Below, piece after piece: positions 11,488-24,218 of a DNA stretch of 64,000 nucleotides. The stretch comes from Octopus bimaculoides (lineage: Eukaryota), in the NCBI RefSeq assembly GCF_001194135.2, contig NC_068984.1:106577965-106641964 (forward strand). The letters run 5' to 3'. The first letter of the stretch is position 1. Each line of letters starts with the position of its first letter. The notes beneath the pieces are model-generated. The model saw only the letters and a program-made list of their open reading frames with translations, was not told the DNA's origin and did no database searches. The position numbers were made by a program, and so were the translations under genes.

Positions 11488-13124
11488 CAGTCAGCCACCT
11501 TTTATATATGGATGATCTAAAATTATACGCTAAAAATGACAAAGACCTGGAAACACTACTACAGACAGTACATGGTTTTACCAAGGAAATATATATGAAA
11601 TTCGGATTAGACAAATGTGCCAAAGCAACCCTGAAAAGAGGAAAATTAGTTAAAAGCAGCAATATCACACTAGATAAAGCCAATGAAATAAGAGAACTAG
11701 ACGAAAGCCAGCCATACAAATATTTAGGAGTCAATGAACTAGATAGGATACAACACACACAAATGAAAGAAAAAATAAAGAAAGAGTACTATAGACGAGT
11801 TAGATCAATACTAAAAACAGAGCTCAATGCTAAAATCAAGATAGTAGGCATTAACACTTTGTCCCACAGCTACAATATCCTTAACTGGACACTAAACGAA
11901 CTATCTAAAATAGACGGGAAAACAAGAAAAATAATGACAGGATATAGGATGCACCACCCAAAATCTGACATAGAAAGGCTATATATATACAACGCACAGA
12001 AGGTGGCAGGGGTCTTATACAGCTGGAAAACTATTATAAAATAACCACCATAGGACTGCAAAAATACCTACTCCAGAAGCAAGGAAAACTACAAATAACC
12101 ACAAAACACGAGCAAAACAAAAATCTTTTTCAGTATTTAAGGAAGCTGACAAATACAAACAAGAAATTATACTACCTAACAAATACGAAGAAGAAGAAGA
12201 AGAAACAACAAAAGCTATAAAACAAATGAAGTCCAAACTAAAACTAGAACAGGAACGGACCATGATAAAACGATGGCAAGAAAAGCCCCTACATGGTAAA
12301 TACTGGGCTAAACTAAATGCAAAAGAAATAGACAGAGAAAAATCCCAGCAATGGTTGAGAAGCTCAGGACTCAAAGTAGAGACTGAAGGATTCTTATTTG
12401 CTGTACGAGACCAAAGCCTCCCCACCAGAAATTACCAAAAAGATATAATGAAAAGAAACATAACAAGTAACTGTAGAATATGTGGTGATATACAGGAAAC
12501 AATAAATCATATTATCTCTGGCTGCCCAGTCCTGGCTAAGAAGGAATATATTCACAGACACGACAGAGCTGGGACCTATATACAATGGAAGCTATGCCAA
12601 CACTATGTAATAGCAACAGAAAAAAGACGATATAAACACACGCCAGAAAAGGTCACAGAAAACGAGAAAGCAATGATACTCTGGGATATGCCAATACACA
12701 CAGATAGATAAATTAAGGCCAATAGACCAGATATAGTTGTCAAAGATCATGAAGAAAAAAAATGCTTTCTAATTGATGTAGCAATACCAGCAGATGACAA
12801 CGTTTCCCTAAAAGAAATGGAAAAACTTTCAAAATACAAAGACCTGGAAATAGAGGTAACTCGAATGTGGAATCTAAAAACAGAAACAATTTCTATCATA
12901 GTAGGTGCCTTAGGTATAATAAAAAAATATTCAGACAAAATCACCAGGACTTACAAATATATATAACATACAGAAAATTGCAGTACTGCGCACTGCACAC
13001 ATCCTACGCAAAACACTTTCAATACAGTAACCATAAGAGCATTACAGCAAACCAGAGCACATACCCAAGCCACACAGAGCTGAACTCGGTAGGGAAGTGA
13101 AAGCACGTTATAAAAATAAAACTA

Positions 13125-13127
<3 letters not shown>
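11485..13127 (+). mobile_element. R4/Dong-like LINE family 1, best-preserved 5'-truncated copy (RT core to 3' end)
   Basis: KTVSHLLYMDDLKLYAKND…FGLDKCAK…YKYLG…CRICGDIQETINHIISGCPVLAKKEYIHRHD…NRPDIVVKD…CFLIDVAIP…IIVGALG; flanked by (AAT)n on both sides. Confidence 0.97.
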
Positions 13128-13161
<34 letters not shown>

Positions 13162-13163
<2 letters not shown>

Positions 13164-13489
13164 TGGGAAACCAAAAACCCAAACGAAATTAAAAACCTGA
13201 GAAAGCGTTGCATGGTAGATTCCTAAAGACAGTTGCAGAAAATAGTTGTAGTGAGTTATGGCTATGGTTGTAGAAAGAAAAACTGAAGAGGGAGACAGAA
13301 AGTTTGTTAGTAGTTGCATAAAATCAAACATTAAGGACTAATTAGATAAAAGCCAAGATGTAGAAATATCAAGTAGATTCCCAATATAGATTAAGCAAAT
13401 CAAAAGAGAAAGTGTTACCCATATAGTAAGTGAATGTAGCATGCTGGCATAAAAAGAATACAAGAAAAGTCATGACAACCTAAGGACAG

Positions 13490-13490
<1 letters not shown>
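13162..13490 (+). mobile_element. R4-like LINE family 2 fragment (zinc-knuckle region)
   Basis: ESVTHIVSECSMLA*KEYKKSHDNL; similar to 17860-18200. Confidence 0.8.
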
Positions 13491-13530
<40 letters not shown>

Positions 13531-13531
<1 letters not shown>

Positions 13532-14277
13532 AAAAATCTTTCGGTTTCCTGAGATGGCTTACATAAAAACATAGTTTTCTTTCATTGTTTTTGCGGATTC
13601 TTAAATCCTACTTCTTGATGGTTTCAGATTTGATCCATCTTTCCGGCAACTTGCCGTCACACGTCCATGCTATTTGCTATTCGCTACAGTATTCTATGTA
13701 CTGTAAGGATTTATTTCTGTATGTTTTTGGAGGAGTATTGCATAGTAGTGTGTGCAAATCATAAATTAACCATTTCATAGTATTCGTGGTTATCTGTCCA
13801 ACGTTCTTTTTTGGGAGGATTGCTTTTGTTATGGGTCCATCTTTACAGCGTTTACCCTTTGACAGAAAATAGCCCATGGAGATGTGTTGATATTTCTTCC
13901 GTATTTATAATTATTATTGAAGTATAAGCGAGAGACCAAGAAGAGACAGAAATGTGGATATATATAGAGAAAGGGTTTGTATAGATATTAATAGATGCAT
14001 ATGTGATTAATATATGATTAAAATTTTACTCAAAGGTTACCAGTTTTCATAAAGAGGCATTGCAGTTCATATGTTTATATTTTAACACACATGTTGCTGT
14101 GGCGGCGCATCTGAGGGAAGCTATTTGTTTATACTTATAAGAAACATCTTTCTGTTTCCTGAGATGGCTTACCATAGTTTTTGCGGATTCTTAATTCCTG
14201 ATTCATAATGGCTTCAAATTTGATCTACCTTCCGGCAGCTCGATGTCGTAAGTCCATGCTGCTTGCCTTTCGATGCT

Positions 14278-14280
<3 letters not shown>
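13531..14280 (-). repeat. Two ~150-bp copies (13531-13685, 14141-14280) of one internal LINE fragment (xHG…ETE region)
   Basis: Shared TCTTTC-GTTTCCTGAGATGGCTTAC…TTTTGCGGATTCTTAA…TTTGATC…TTCCGGCA…GTCCATGCT. Confidence 0.7.
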
Positions 14281-14341
<61 letters not shown>

Positions 14342-14374
14342 CATTATTATTATTATTGTTGTTGTTGTTGTTGT

Positions 14375-15000
14375 TGTTGTTATTTTCTCTTTACAACATG
14401 TTTTGTTGGAGCTCTTGAAGTTGCATGTGTAACGGGCTTACTACCTGCAAACTACGGTACTATGCTATTCGTTCTTTTCAGCTATCTAATACTTTCCTGA
14501 TTATTCTGGCCGTGCCTAAGAGGCAAAACATTTTCTAACAGTTCTACTGAGCGCTCTATCCCAATTTCCTTTATATTCCTCTTGATGCCTTCTGATACAG
14601 TTCCCAAGAACCCAACAATAATCGGCACTATCTTCACTTTCTTTATTTTCCATAGCCGGGCTATTTCGTACTTAAGAGTTGTATTTAATTATCTTTTCGC
14701 CTTCCTCCTCGACTATTCGTCAGTCAAAAGAGCAAGCAACATCAACTATATAGCATATGTGGTGCATCTCATCCGCCACCACTAGGTCCGGTTTGTTATG
14801 CTCTAGCACCTGATCTGTTTGATTTGGGAAATCTCAGAAGATTTTGCTAGCCTCCGACTCCACCACTCTCTACGGTTTGTGTTCATACTATGTGCTCATA
14901 CTATGTCTTGCCCCCACTTTCCACACAGTTTCTAATGTAGCACTTTCACTACCTGCTCGTGTCGCCACAACCTGTAGTGGTTTTGGGTAAGTTTAGGGTA
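14375..15000 (-). mobile_element. R4-like LINE family 2, 3' end (RLE + 3' UTR)
   Basis: Minus strand: KIF*DFP…KPDLVVAD…IVPIIVGFLGTVSE…ARIIRKVLD; 3' UTR similar to 26040-26140; ends in (AAC)/(AAT)n. Confidence 0.88.
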
Positions 15001-15284
15001 TTCGTTCGATATATGGACAATGGTTTCATCCATTCCATTGTAGATTCGTCGCCACAGCAACATGTGCCTGAAAATGTAAGCACCTAAACTGGAATGCATC
15101 TATACGAAAACTGCAAACCTGTGAATAAAATTTTAATCACATACTAAACACATATTCATCCATTCATATCTATACAAACCCTCTATATATAAGCATATTG
15201 CTGTCTCTTCTTTGTTACTCGCTTATACATCAATAATACTTATAGATAGGAAAGATACATCAACACATTTCCATGGGTAGTGTT

Positions 15285-15720
15285 CTGCCAAAAGTAAACT
15301 CTGTAAAGACGGAGCCGTAATAAAGCCAATCAAAAAGAAACAAAAAACAGAAAGGAATGATGGATAGATAACCATGAATAATGTGAAATGGGTGATTCAT
15401 GATTTACACGCATTACTTTGCGACTCATCTCTAAAAACATATGGGAATAAACACGTACAGTAAATATCCAATCAACTGAACAAAGCTCACAACATGTGGT
15501 ATAGAAGTCCGATACCCAACAGAAGAACACAACCTGCACTACACAGACAATACACAATGCACAAACTAATACACAACAAGAGACTCAAATCAAACCTGAT
15601 GACAAAACATACTGATGCAATACAATACTCCACAAGGACCAAAAAAAAAGACACAATATGAAATACACACATGACCAGCACAAAATTGCAGCAAGTGATG
15701 CAGTAAAAAGTTACCTGAAA
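15285..15720 (+). mobile_element. Unclassified coding-like repeat with a homologous inverted copy at 13690-13880
   Basis: KLCKDGAVIKPI…ITMNNVKWVIHDLHALLCDSSLKTY vs KRCKDGPITKAI…ITTNTMKWLIYDLHTLLCNTPPKTY. Confidence 0.55.
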
Positions 15721-15749
15721 CTATCAAATGTCGAAAAATAATACTGGTG

Positions 15750-18265
15750 ATGACGACAGTGACGAAAGCTTCCTTACCTCAGTTTAAGAGAGGCAAGAGT
15801 TTGCCAAGAAAATCTGATTGTAACAGCGAAAATGGGGTTGGACCTTTAAGAGACGGCCTCTCGTTCGGCATTAGCTCAGTAAAAAGGCAGATTGACCTAG
15901 GGTGTTATCCTAAGACAACATCAGCTAATAATAAAGTAAGGTGGAGCTAGTGGATCAACGAAAATACAAGATAGTGATGCAGTGCTACTTAGAAAGTGAT
16001 CCTCAAATAAGGTGCTATAGAAAACGGATGTTCACACTTTGGAGAGAGAAAGATATTTTTAAAGTGGCTGACCAGAGACAAGTAGATCAAGCTAATGTTA
16101 TTAAGAGAAGAAAGTAGATGACAGAATTGGAGGTGGAAGAGATTAAAAGAGAACTGGAAAAATAATAATGGCAATACCAATAGGGAAGAGACAACTGGCA
16201 CCAATACGTTAAGTGATTTAAGTCGGGAAACTTTAGATGAGTTGCAGTAAGTAATGAGTAAAGAAGTAAAAAAAAGATTGCCAGCATCAAAAGGTACCAA
16301 CAGAAGGAAGCTGCTAGATATGACTAGGAAAGTAGATTCTGTTATCAGTAGGATAGATACTAAAAATAAAGGAGACACTAACTTATTAATCTATGCAGGA
16401 TTGGTAGTAGTTACTAGAAGATTAGATATTACACAAGGAAAGATCAGAAAAAGCAAATGTGGAAAAGGAGACGACAAAATAAAGTGACAACTTTAAGACA
16501 AGATCTGAGTAGAACAGTAACCTGGAAATAGAAAAAGTTAGGTAACACAAGATTTAAATCTTCTCTCGAGAAAAGATACTTAGTCAAAGAGAAATGCTTT
16601 GAGACAATCATAGAAGAGTTGAAACAGCGTATCATAATAGCAGCAGGCAAGCGCTCTAGATATCACAAAAAGAATATATCAGTACCAACAGAATAGATTT
16701 TCTGAGACAGACTACAGGTGACTTCATAACCAAATAAATAATAAATAGGGAAGATGAGATACCTAATGCAGAAGAAGCTAGGAAGTTCTGGAGTAAGAGT
16801 GAGATAAGCCAGTCAATCATAATGGAGATACAGTATAGTTAAAGAAAGTGAGGGAAGAAGTAGTGAGTGAGAATCAGCCAGAGCTTACAGCAACTCGTGC
16901 ATTAGGGAGTAAAGTGTTAGATAAAATGCGGAATGGGAAGAGCCCAGGACCAAATTTAGTTCAAGGATAGATTACAAAAAAGCTATATGATCCCACACTC
17001 ACGGCTAAGTGAATGTCTGAGTATACTCAGTATAGTAGACACCATAAGATGATTAATTAGCTCTAGCATGAAGAAATGGAAAGTAGATCTCTACTCAGGC
17101 CACACAGACTTAGGGGAGGTTAATATCAAGAGGAATTTTCGAAGCAAACGCGTTATCCCCTTTCATATTTGTTCTATGTTTCATCTCTCTCAGTTTAGTA
17201 TTAAGGAAGGCAAATGCATGGTATCAGTTCGGAAATAGTAACGGAAAATTAACCATTTGCTCTACATGGATGATCTGAAGCTCTTTAGTAAGAATGAAAA
17301 AGTGATAGATTTCTTAATACAGGCTGTAAGACTCTTCGGCAAAGATATAGGCATGGAATTTCATATAGATAAGTGTGTAATGTTAGTCATGAGAAGGGAA
17401 CAGTGAAGACTACCAATTACCAGATGGTCAGACATTAAAAACATTAAAAGAAGGAGAGAGTTATAAGTATCTAGGAGTATTAGAATCTGACAGAATACCA
17501 ACTATAGAACTGATATCGAAAATTGAGAAGTATATCGGAAAGGTGAGGAAGCTAATGAAATGTAAAGCTAAATGGGCCAAATCTTGTGAAGGCTGTAAAT
17601 ACTTGGGCAATAACTTTACTTTGTTGATTGAACAAAAACTAACTTAGCAAAGCTAGACAGAAGATCTAGGAAGAAATTCAATATAAATGGAGGACTCCAC
17701 ACAAGGGGAGAGTATCAAGATTATGCTTGCATAGAAAGGAAGAGGGCTAATATCAGTAGAAGACTACGTGGAATTAACTAGAATAGATATAGGATCCTAT
17801 GTAGGTAATAGTGAAGAAAGATTAAGAGCTGCTAGACTCACGGCAAGACATAGGAAAAAAAACGAAGTTAAAAATGAGAAAAAAAACAAAGGTGATCTGA
17901 CTGGCAGGAGAAGACTTTGCATGGTAGATTCCCAAAGATAGTTGCAGCAAATAGTTGTAGTGAGACATGATTATATTTGCAGAAAGGGAGGCTGAAAGGA
18001 GACACTAAGTTTGTTAGTAGCTGCCCAAGATCAAGCATTGAGGACTAATTGGATAAAACTCAAGAAAGACAAAAATCAAGTAGATTATGTAGATTATGAA
18101 AATCAAAAGAGGAAAGTGGTACTCATATAGTAAGTGAATGTAACACGCTGACGCAAAAAGAGTACAAGAAAAGACATGACAACCTAGCGATAGTAATCCA
18201 CTTGGAGCTAAGTAGAAAGCTAGGATTTGACCATATCGATAAACGGCATGAACATTAGCAGGAAA
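15750..18265 (+). mobile_element. Near full-length decayed R4/Dong-like LINE family 2 ORF (N-terminus, RT, CCHC), cut off by a Penelope-like element
   Basis: IVMQCYLESDPQIRCYRKRMFTLWRE…DQANVIK…ELEVEEI (R4-clade N-terminal motif), KSPGPNLVQG, RGIF…LSP, INHLLYMDDLKLF, YKYLGVLE and THIVSECNTL…KRHDN; many stops. Confidence 0.93.
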
Positions 18266-18266
18266 G

Positions 18267-19500
18267 TCAGCATCGCACGTGAAGAATTCGACGCACTTTA
18301 CAGAATTGGTCAAAGATACCCCCATTGAAACCAACCAAATGGTGAGTCTAGATGTGATAAGTCTGTTCACCAAAGTCCCAACTGGTGAATCACTATCGGT
18401 GATTCAAGAAAAACTAGTATCAGACACGCATCTAAAAGAACGCACTAGTATACCTATAAGAAACCTGGTGGAAATGTTGACCTTCTGTGTAGAAACTACC
18501 TACTTAGTATGGACACTGATATATATCTACAAGAAGAGGGTTTAGCTATGCGTTCGCCATTATCGCCAATAATAGCCAGAACATACATGGAATACTTTGA
18601 GAATTTGGTTTTAGGCTCAACACAACTAAAAACAACCCGATAGCTGCGATATGTTGATGACACCTTTACACTCTGGCCCCACCAGGAAGATGTCCGAGTG
18701 CTGTTAGATCATGTGAATTCAATAAAGCCATCCACAAGGGAAAACAAGACAAACAGCTAGCATTCCTGGACGTATTAATAACACACACCAAGTATGGATT
18801 CAGGACATCCGTATATCGCAAGCCGAGCTTCACTGGACGATATCTCAACTTCAGTTCCCACCATCCATACAGTGTAAAGAGAGGGATTGCTCAGTGCCTA
18901 AAACGTCAAGAAAGAATATAAGTAGCGACCGTGATACCCACCACGAAGAAATGATCAAGCTATGTAACATTCTAATAAATAACATCTACCCCAAGAACAT
19001 ACTATCCACCCCAATTATGAAGAAAAGAGAGGATGAAGCCAATAAACTGTCCACAGTCTGTCTACCCTGTGTGAACGTCCTCTCCGAAAAGATACAAAGG
19101 ATATGTGGCCCATATGACATCAGGACAGTATTCAAGAGTAACACAACACTTGGCAAATATCTCCGAGTAAAACCAAAGACTGCGTGTACTCCATCCCATG
19201 GAGCTGTGGTAGGTTGTACAAAAGCGAAACATGTCGCCCCCTCAAAATAAGGGTAGACGAACATTGCAAAGCTGTGACACGAGGAAATATTGATAAATCG
19301 GGTATAGCTGATCATGTATAGAAAAATGGAGACCACTTCCCCCTGTGGAATGCAGTTAAAATAATAGATAGAGAACACCACTGGAAAATACGAAAAACTA
19401 AAAGAAGCAGCACATATGTTAGGACACAACAACCTCCTAAGTGGACCGAGTGCAGATATGAGTAGCATATGGGTAGCGGTATTAAGGAAAGATAGGAAAA
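18267..19500 (+). mobile_element. Penelope-like element (RT + GIY-YIG), 5'-truncated and decayed
   Basis: VKNSTHF…MVSLDVISLFTKVP, GLAM-SPLSP, RYVDDTF..WPH, LAFLDVLI, TSVYRKP.FTGRYLNFSSHHP, TVCLPCV…SEKIQRI, HCKAVTRG.IDKSGIADH and KLKEAAH. Confidence 0.95.
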
Positions 19501-20700
19501 TATTAAATTTATATGTAAAGATATTAAATATTAGATTTATGGATATGTAGAGAAAAGGAGTGTGGAGAGGTAATGTGGAGAAGTATTTATAATTGTGTAC
19601 AGTGTCTCACTCTACTTAATCGATATAATGAAGCACTTAGCACCTGTAATCACCGTTTCTTCCATACATTCAAATTCTATCACAGACACAAATGCACAAA
19701 TGACCACACAATGTACTCCCACAACTCCCCATAGGTAACCCCAACCAACTCGAGTTAGCAAATAGGTCCCCCTTCTACCATCTTCAAAATAGGTATTAAC
19801 TCCTTTTTTAGAATGTTATCACTACTAACTATATTATCGCTACTAACTATATTATCACTACTAACTCTATTCTCTTATTTTGCTTCCTTCCTATGATACT
19901 ATTCTCCAAATGCCAGCAATACCATCACCACCTACAGGTTCCTTCATATCCTAACACTGTACACAATTATAAATGCTTCTCCACATTACCTCTCCACACT
20001 CCTTTTCTCTACCTATCCATTTCTTTACTAAACTTATACATCCACCCCCAAATTCTTCCCTTTGCTCTCTCTCCTTCTTCCTTCCTTCCTGTCACTATAA
20101 CTGACCTAACGATCGTTTACTACTACAAACTGTATCTCCAATTACTTCCTCTTCCCTTCCTTCCTGTCTTAAGGCTTGACATCTTAATCCTACACACATC
20201 TCTCACTGGATTCGGACTATCCTTTTGAGTAAACAACGCACAGAATATACTGAATACGATATGATATATATCCACCTTTCCAACTACAATTATCTCCGGA
20301 AAATACCCACAAGGATTCTTTACATGGATGTCTACTGTTGGAATGGAACTATACTCCAAGTATTTTCTCTTCTTTGTTCTTTCTTCTATGCATCGCTCTC
20401 ACTTCTTACTACATATCTCCTCTTATAGATGTAATAATCCATTCTTCTACTATTACCGTCTCCGATGAAGGGATACATTGGATTTTTCCAGAAACTGCTG
20501 TAAGACTTTATACATAAAATATAATTCTACCTTTGCCATTGGTCTCTTTATCTTATTCTTTCTTTACATGTACACACGCTAATACACGACCCATGTTATA
20601 TTTCCCACTCATGTTGCAACCACGTCAGGGGCAAAACTAGTCGGTATACAGCAATTACTCGGTATTACCTATATCCTTAGGGTTTGGTTAACTCCAATAC
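19501..20700 (+). repeat. Penelope-type terminal region: pyrimidine-rich tract, 67-bp inverted repeat and hammerhead-like motif
   Basis: IR arms 19539-19605 and 19954-20020; hammerhead-like motif at 20458-20506. Confidence 0.6.
20458..20506 (+). ncRNA. Candidate minimal type-I hammerhead ribozyme (CCGAUGA core)
   Basis: Stem I GTCT/AGAC; core CCGATGA; stem II GGGA/TTCC; GAAA; stem III AC-TGCT-GT; GUA triplet. Confidence 0.55.
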
Positions 20701-20772
20701 CCTTCATAACCTATNNNNNNNNNNNNNNNNNNNNNNNNNNNNNNNNNNNNNNNNNNNNNNNNNNNNNNNNNN

Positions 20773-20839
<67 letters not shown>

Positions 20840-21061
20840 AATAGAGCCGGAGTTAGAGGTGAAGGTTGATGAGATAAATGGCAAAGAGAGCATCGTTCGA
20901 ATGAGAAAGGGAGGGGGTGATAGATGAATAACGAAGGCAGGAGTGAAAAAGCTGATAAACGGCGTTTGAAGTGTGAGTACGTGTCCATATATGTGCGTGC
21001 ACAAGAGAACCATGTGAAACTTTACATATATATGTAAAGTAAAGAAAGTATAAAAAATAAT

Positions 21062-21224
21062 CCAAAATCCTTGTCTGATATCGGATCAATTCTAAAATCT
21101 AATCAGTTCATGCCAGGCACGAAGCCAAACATCCCTGAAAGTTTCATCCGAATCAATCCAGTGGTTCTTGAGATATCTGGTCCACGGACAAACAAACAAA
21201 TAAACACGACTTAAAGCGGAGGTA
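21062..21224 (+). mobile_element. Short non-autonomous DNA-type repeat (Helitron/Helentron-like style)
   Basis: AAGTTTCATCCGAATCAATCCAGTGGTTCTTGAGATATC…ACAAACAAAC…GCGGAGGTAAT resembles widespread non-autonomous elements; class not confirmed. Confidence 0.4.
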
Positions 21225-21860
21225 ATAATAAATGCAGAATGTATGTTGAGAGGGGTGAAACGGTATAGCACATCATTAACGAATGCCCGAAATTGGCACA
21301 ACGCGAATACAAAAGACATGACAATATGCCAAGAATGATTGATTGGGAGTTTTGTGAAAATCACGCCCTACAAAGAGCAAACCCCAGAACCAATCACCGA
21401 GATTGAAAATTGCAAATTCCTGTGGGACACAATGATTCAGTGCCATCACCTGACCAAACATCGGAAACTAAACATTGTTGTGGTAGAAAAAAACGAAAGA
21501 AGCTGCATGATAATCAACATAGTATGTCCCGATGACAACATCATCAAAGAGGAAGAAGAAAAATTGAACAACTATGAGCATGCGAACTGAGAAATAGGAA
21601 GCTCGTGGTCAATGAGGAGAGTAGACGTGGTACCAATAGTAATTGGCACATTTTGAAGTATCAGCACTCATCTTCCAACATAGTTCAAAAAGAGTTCAAA
21701 AAGATTGGTACAAATGCAAAGGTAGAAAAACTACAAAAATCAGCATTGCTTGGAACTGCAAGAATTCTTCGCAAAGTTCTTGAGACATAACCAGTAGTTA
21801 GTTGGACCTTAGTCTGCTAGCTGTGGACAGCTGATACTTTCTATTATACCCAGCAAAATA
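21225..21860 (+). mobile_element. RLE LINE 3' part (CCHC + RLE)
   Basis: KCRM…ETV*HIINECPKLAQREYKRHD, KFLWDTMIQC, VVPIVIG and LQKSALLGTARILRKVLET*. Confidence 0.9.
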
Positions 21861-22049
21861 AACGGTGAGTTTGCATCAATTAATAATAATGATTATGATA
21901 ATGATGATTTCGTTATTCACCACTAAGGGTTGACAAAAGACGTTGGGGACATTACAAGGCAATACAATGTAGGTTACATAAAAAGTGTGCAAAATGTAAA
22001 AAATAACAAAAACAGTAACAATATATATTTTAACTATGAAAAACGCCCC

Positions 22050-22460
22050 AAAAGTTGACTACGCAAGGTTGTTCGTGACCCCCCCCCCGAATCACGGTCA
22101 CCCTGGCCACTAGAGAAAGTCCCCTTGCCATATCGTCTTTTTTAAATCTACAGGCTCCTCGAACGTATCTTGCCACATTCACCTATCTTTCCAGAACGTA
22201 TCTTGCAACATTCACTCACCTTTCCAGAAAATTACTGAGAGGTAGTACTTCTCTCTCTAGCCTCACTTTTCTTTTCAAGAGGAAAGTATGTCTTAATCCC
22301 TTTCAATCTGGTCTAACATACAACCTCTTTCGTTCACGAAGGCCACCAGACAAAAATAAACACTGCTTGCCCTACAAAAATTATGCCTATCTCCATTAGA
22401 ATACACATATTTCAAAGACACTCATTCTTTTCACATATCCTCTACCTGGTATGGACGGCT
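22050..22460 (-). mobile_element. RTE-clade LINE 3' fragment containing a 33-bp tandem duplication (22161-22226)
   Basis: Minus-strand remnants of the RTE C-terminus (RLE…; RRYGKGTFSSGQGDRD resembles DL..L.L...M..DRD). Confidence 0.55.
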
Positions 22461-22489
22461 GTAACCGACATGCTGAACAGAACTTGTAT

Positions 22490-23630
22490 GTGGACACAGC
22501 TACTATGTTAATACAATCCATTGTCTCTTGTATATGGATATTAAATTTTATGCAGCAGATGATAATCAAATAGAAACGCTACTACGGATAGTACACGGAT
22601 TTATCATAGAGATCAGTATTTGATTCGACTTAGAAAAGAGGAAACTAGAAAAGAGAAAACTATTTAAGAAAAGTGATATCGTAGTAGATAAAGAAACAGA
22701 AATAAGATAACTAAACTAAACGTAGACATACAAACTACATAGGAATCAATGAACCAGATACAGTACAAAACGCAAAATCAAAGAAAAGATAAGGGAGGAA
22801 TATTATAGACGAATTAGACTTTAAGCAGTTTTATGCAAAGGAAAACATAAAACATTAACCAACACTACTCTAGCTGTCTAGTCATAAGTTAGTTGTTATA
22901 TTCTTGACTGGATTCTAAATCAACTAAGAAAGTTAGAGAGTTGAACAAGAAAAAAATTGACTGTATTTACAATACGCCTCTCAAACTCTGACAGAGAAAG
23001 GTTATAAATATATAACAAATTGACAGCAGTAGAGGCCCTATACGACAAGAACTACCATTAAATATCACATCCACCGCAGAACTTCAAGAATATCTAATTC
23101 AGAATCAAGGAAAACTGATACGAATAGCCATAAAGCATGAAGAAACCACAAAAAAAAATCGTTTTCTCTCTTCAACGAAAGAAAAATACACAAAGCAGAG
23201 AGAATAATGATGATAATTATGAAGAAGAAATATAGCAATAAAAGCTGTAAAGCAGCTAAAATCTAAGCTAAAACTACAACTACAGAATGCTATGATAAAA
23301 CAAGACCCCAAAAACCCATTACATGGCGCAGACATTGGAATAAACCGAACAGAAAAGATTTAAATAAAGTAAAATCCCAACATTGGCTGAAAAGCGTGGG
23401 TCTAGAAGCAGAGATTAAAAGGTTTGTTATTGCGGCACAAGATCATATCCTCTCCATCAGGGACCACAAAAAACATGCTATGAAACAGAATACAATAAGT
23501 AACTGCACAATATAAGTCAATCCAGGGTAAGAAACAATAAATCACATTTTCTCTGAGTATCTAGTCTTGGTCAAGAAAGAATATACTCACAAACATGACA
23601 GGATAGAAAATTATCTTCAACAAAGACAAA
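22490..23630 (+). mobile_element. Strongly decayed LINE family 1-like RT-to-CCHC fragment
   Basis: Frameshifted HL.YMD..LYA, GINEPD, KNPLHG, LEAEIKRFVIAAQD and TINHIFSE.LVLVKKEY.HKHD. Confidence 0.8.
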
Positions 23631-23759
23631 AATTATGAAACAGAGGCTGAATGAAAAATGAAAGGAAGATGAAAAACAAAGAAGGACATTTAATAATAGA
23701 CATTGCAAAAATGATAAAATCTAAGATTTGAGCTTAATTATGTGTATAGAATGCCTTGA

Positions 23760-24080
23760 TAAAGCGAAGGTGAAGAAACCTCTAAAAGGCGAATACCTGA
23801 AAAACACAATTGGTTACAAGTAGACAAGGAAAAATCGCAAACTACCTAAAAGGACAGGATTTGACCTTGAGATTGAAGGGCTCTTGATTGCGGTACGGAA
23901 TCAAATCCTACAAGATATTCCAAAGGAGCATGCCAGAAAGCAGAGTGCGGTGATTGACTGTAGAGTATATAGAAATATGGAAAAAACAATAATTAACCAA
24001 AATGTTTTGGAGTGACGTATCTTATGTAAAAATAATAATACATCCAATGGTATGAGAGACATACGATTTACAAACACTGA
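23760..24080 (+). mobile_element. Decayed RLE-LINE fragment
   Basis: KKPLKGEY…EIEGLLIAVRNQ. Confidence 0.55.
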
Positions 24081-24218
24081 AAGTAATGCTAGCATAATGA
24101 CACTGATAGTAATGCTAGCATAATGAAAAATCAACAGAAATAAACGATATATGTAAAAGCATTGTTATTTGAGAAAATACTCTCTGGTTGCAACGAAATA
24201 GAGAAATGTATCACCTAC

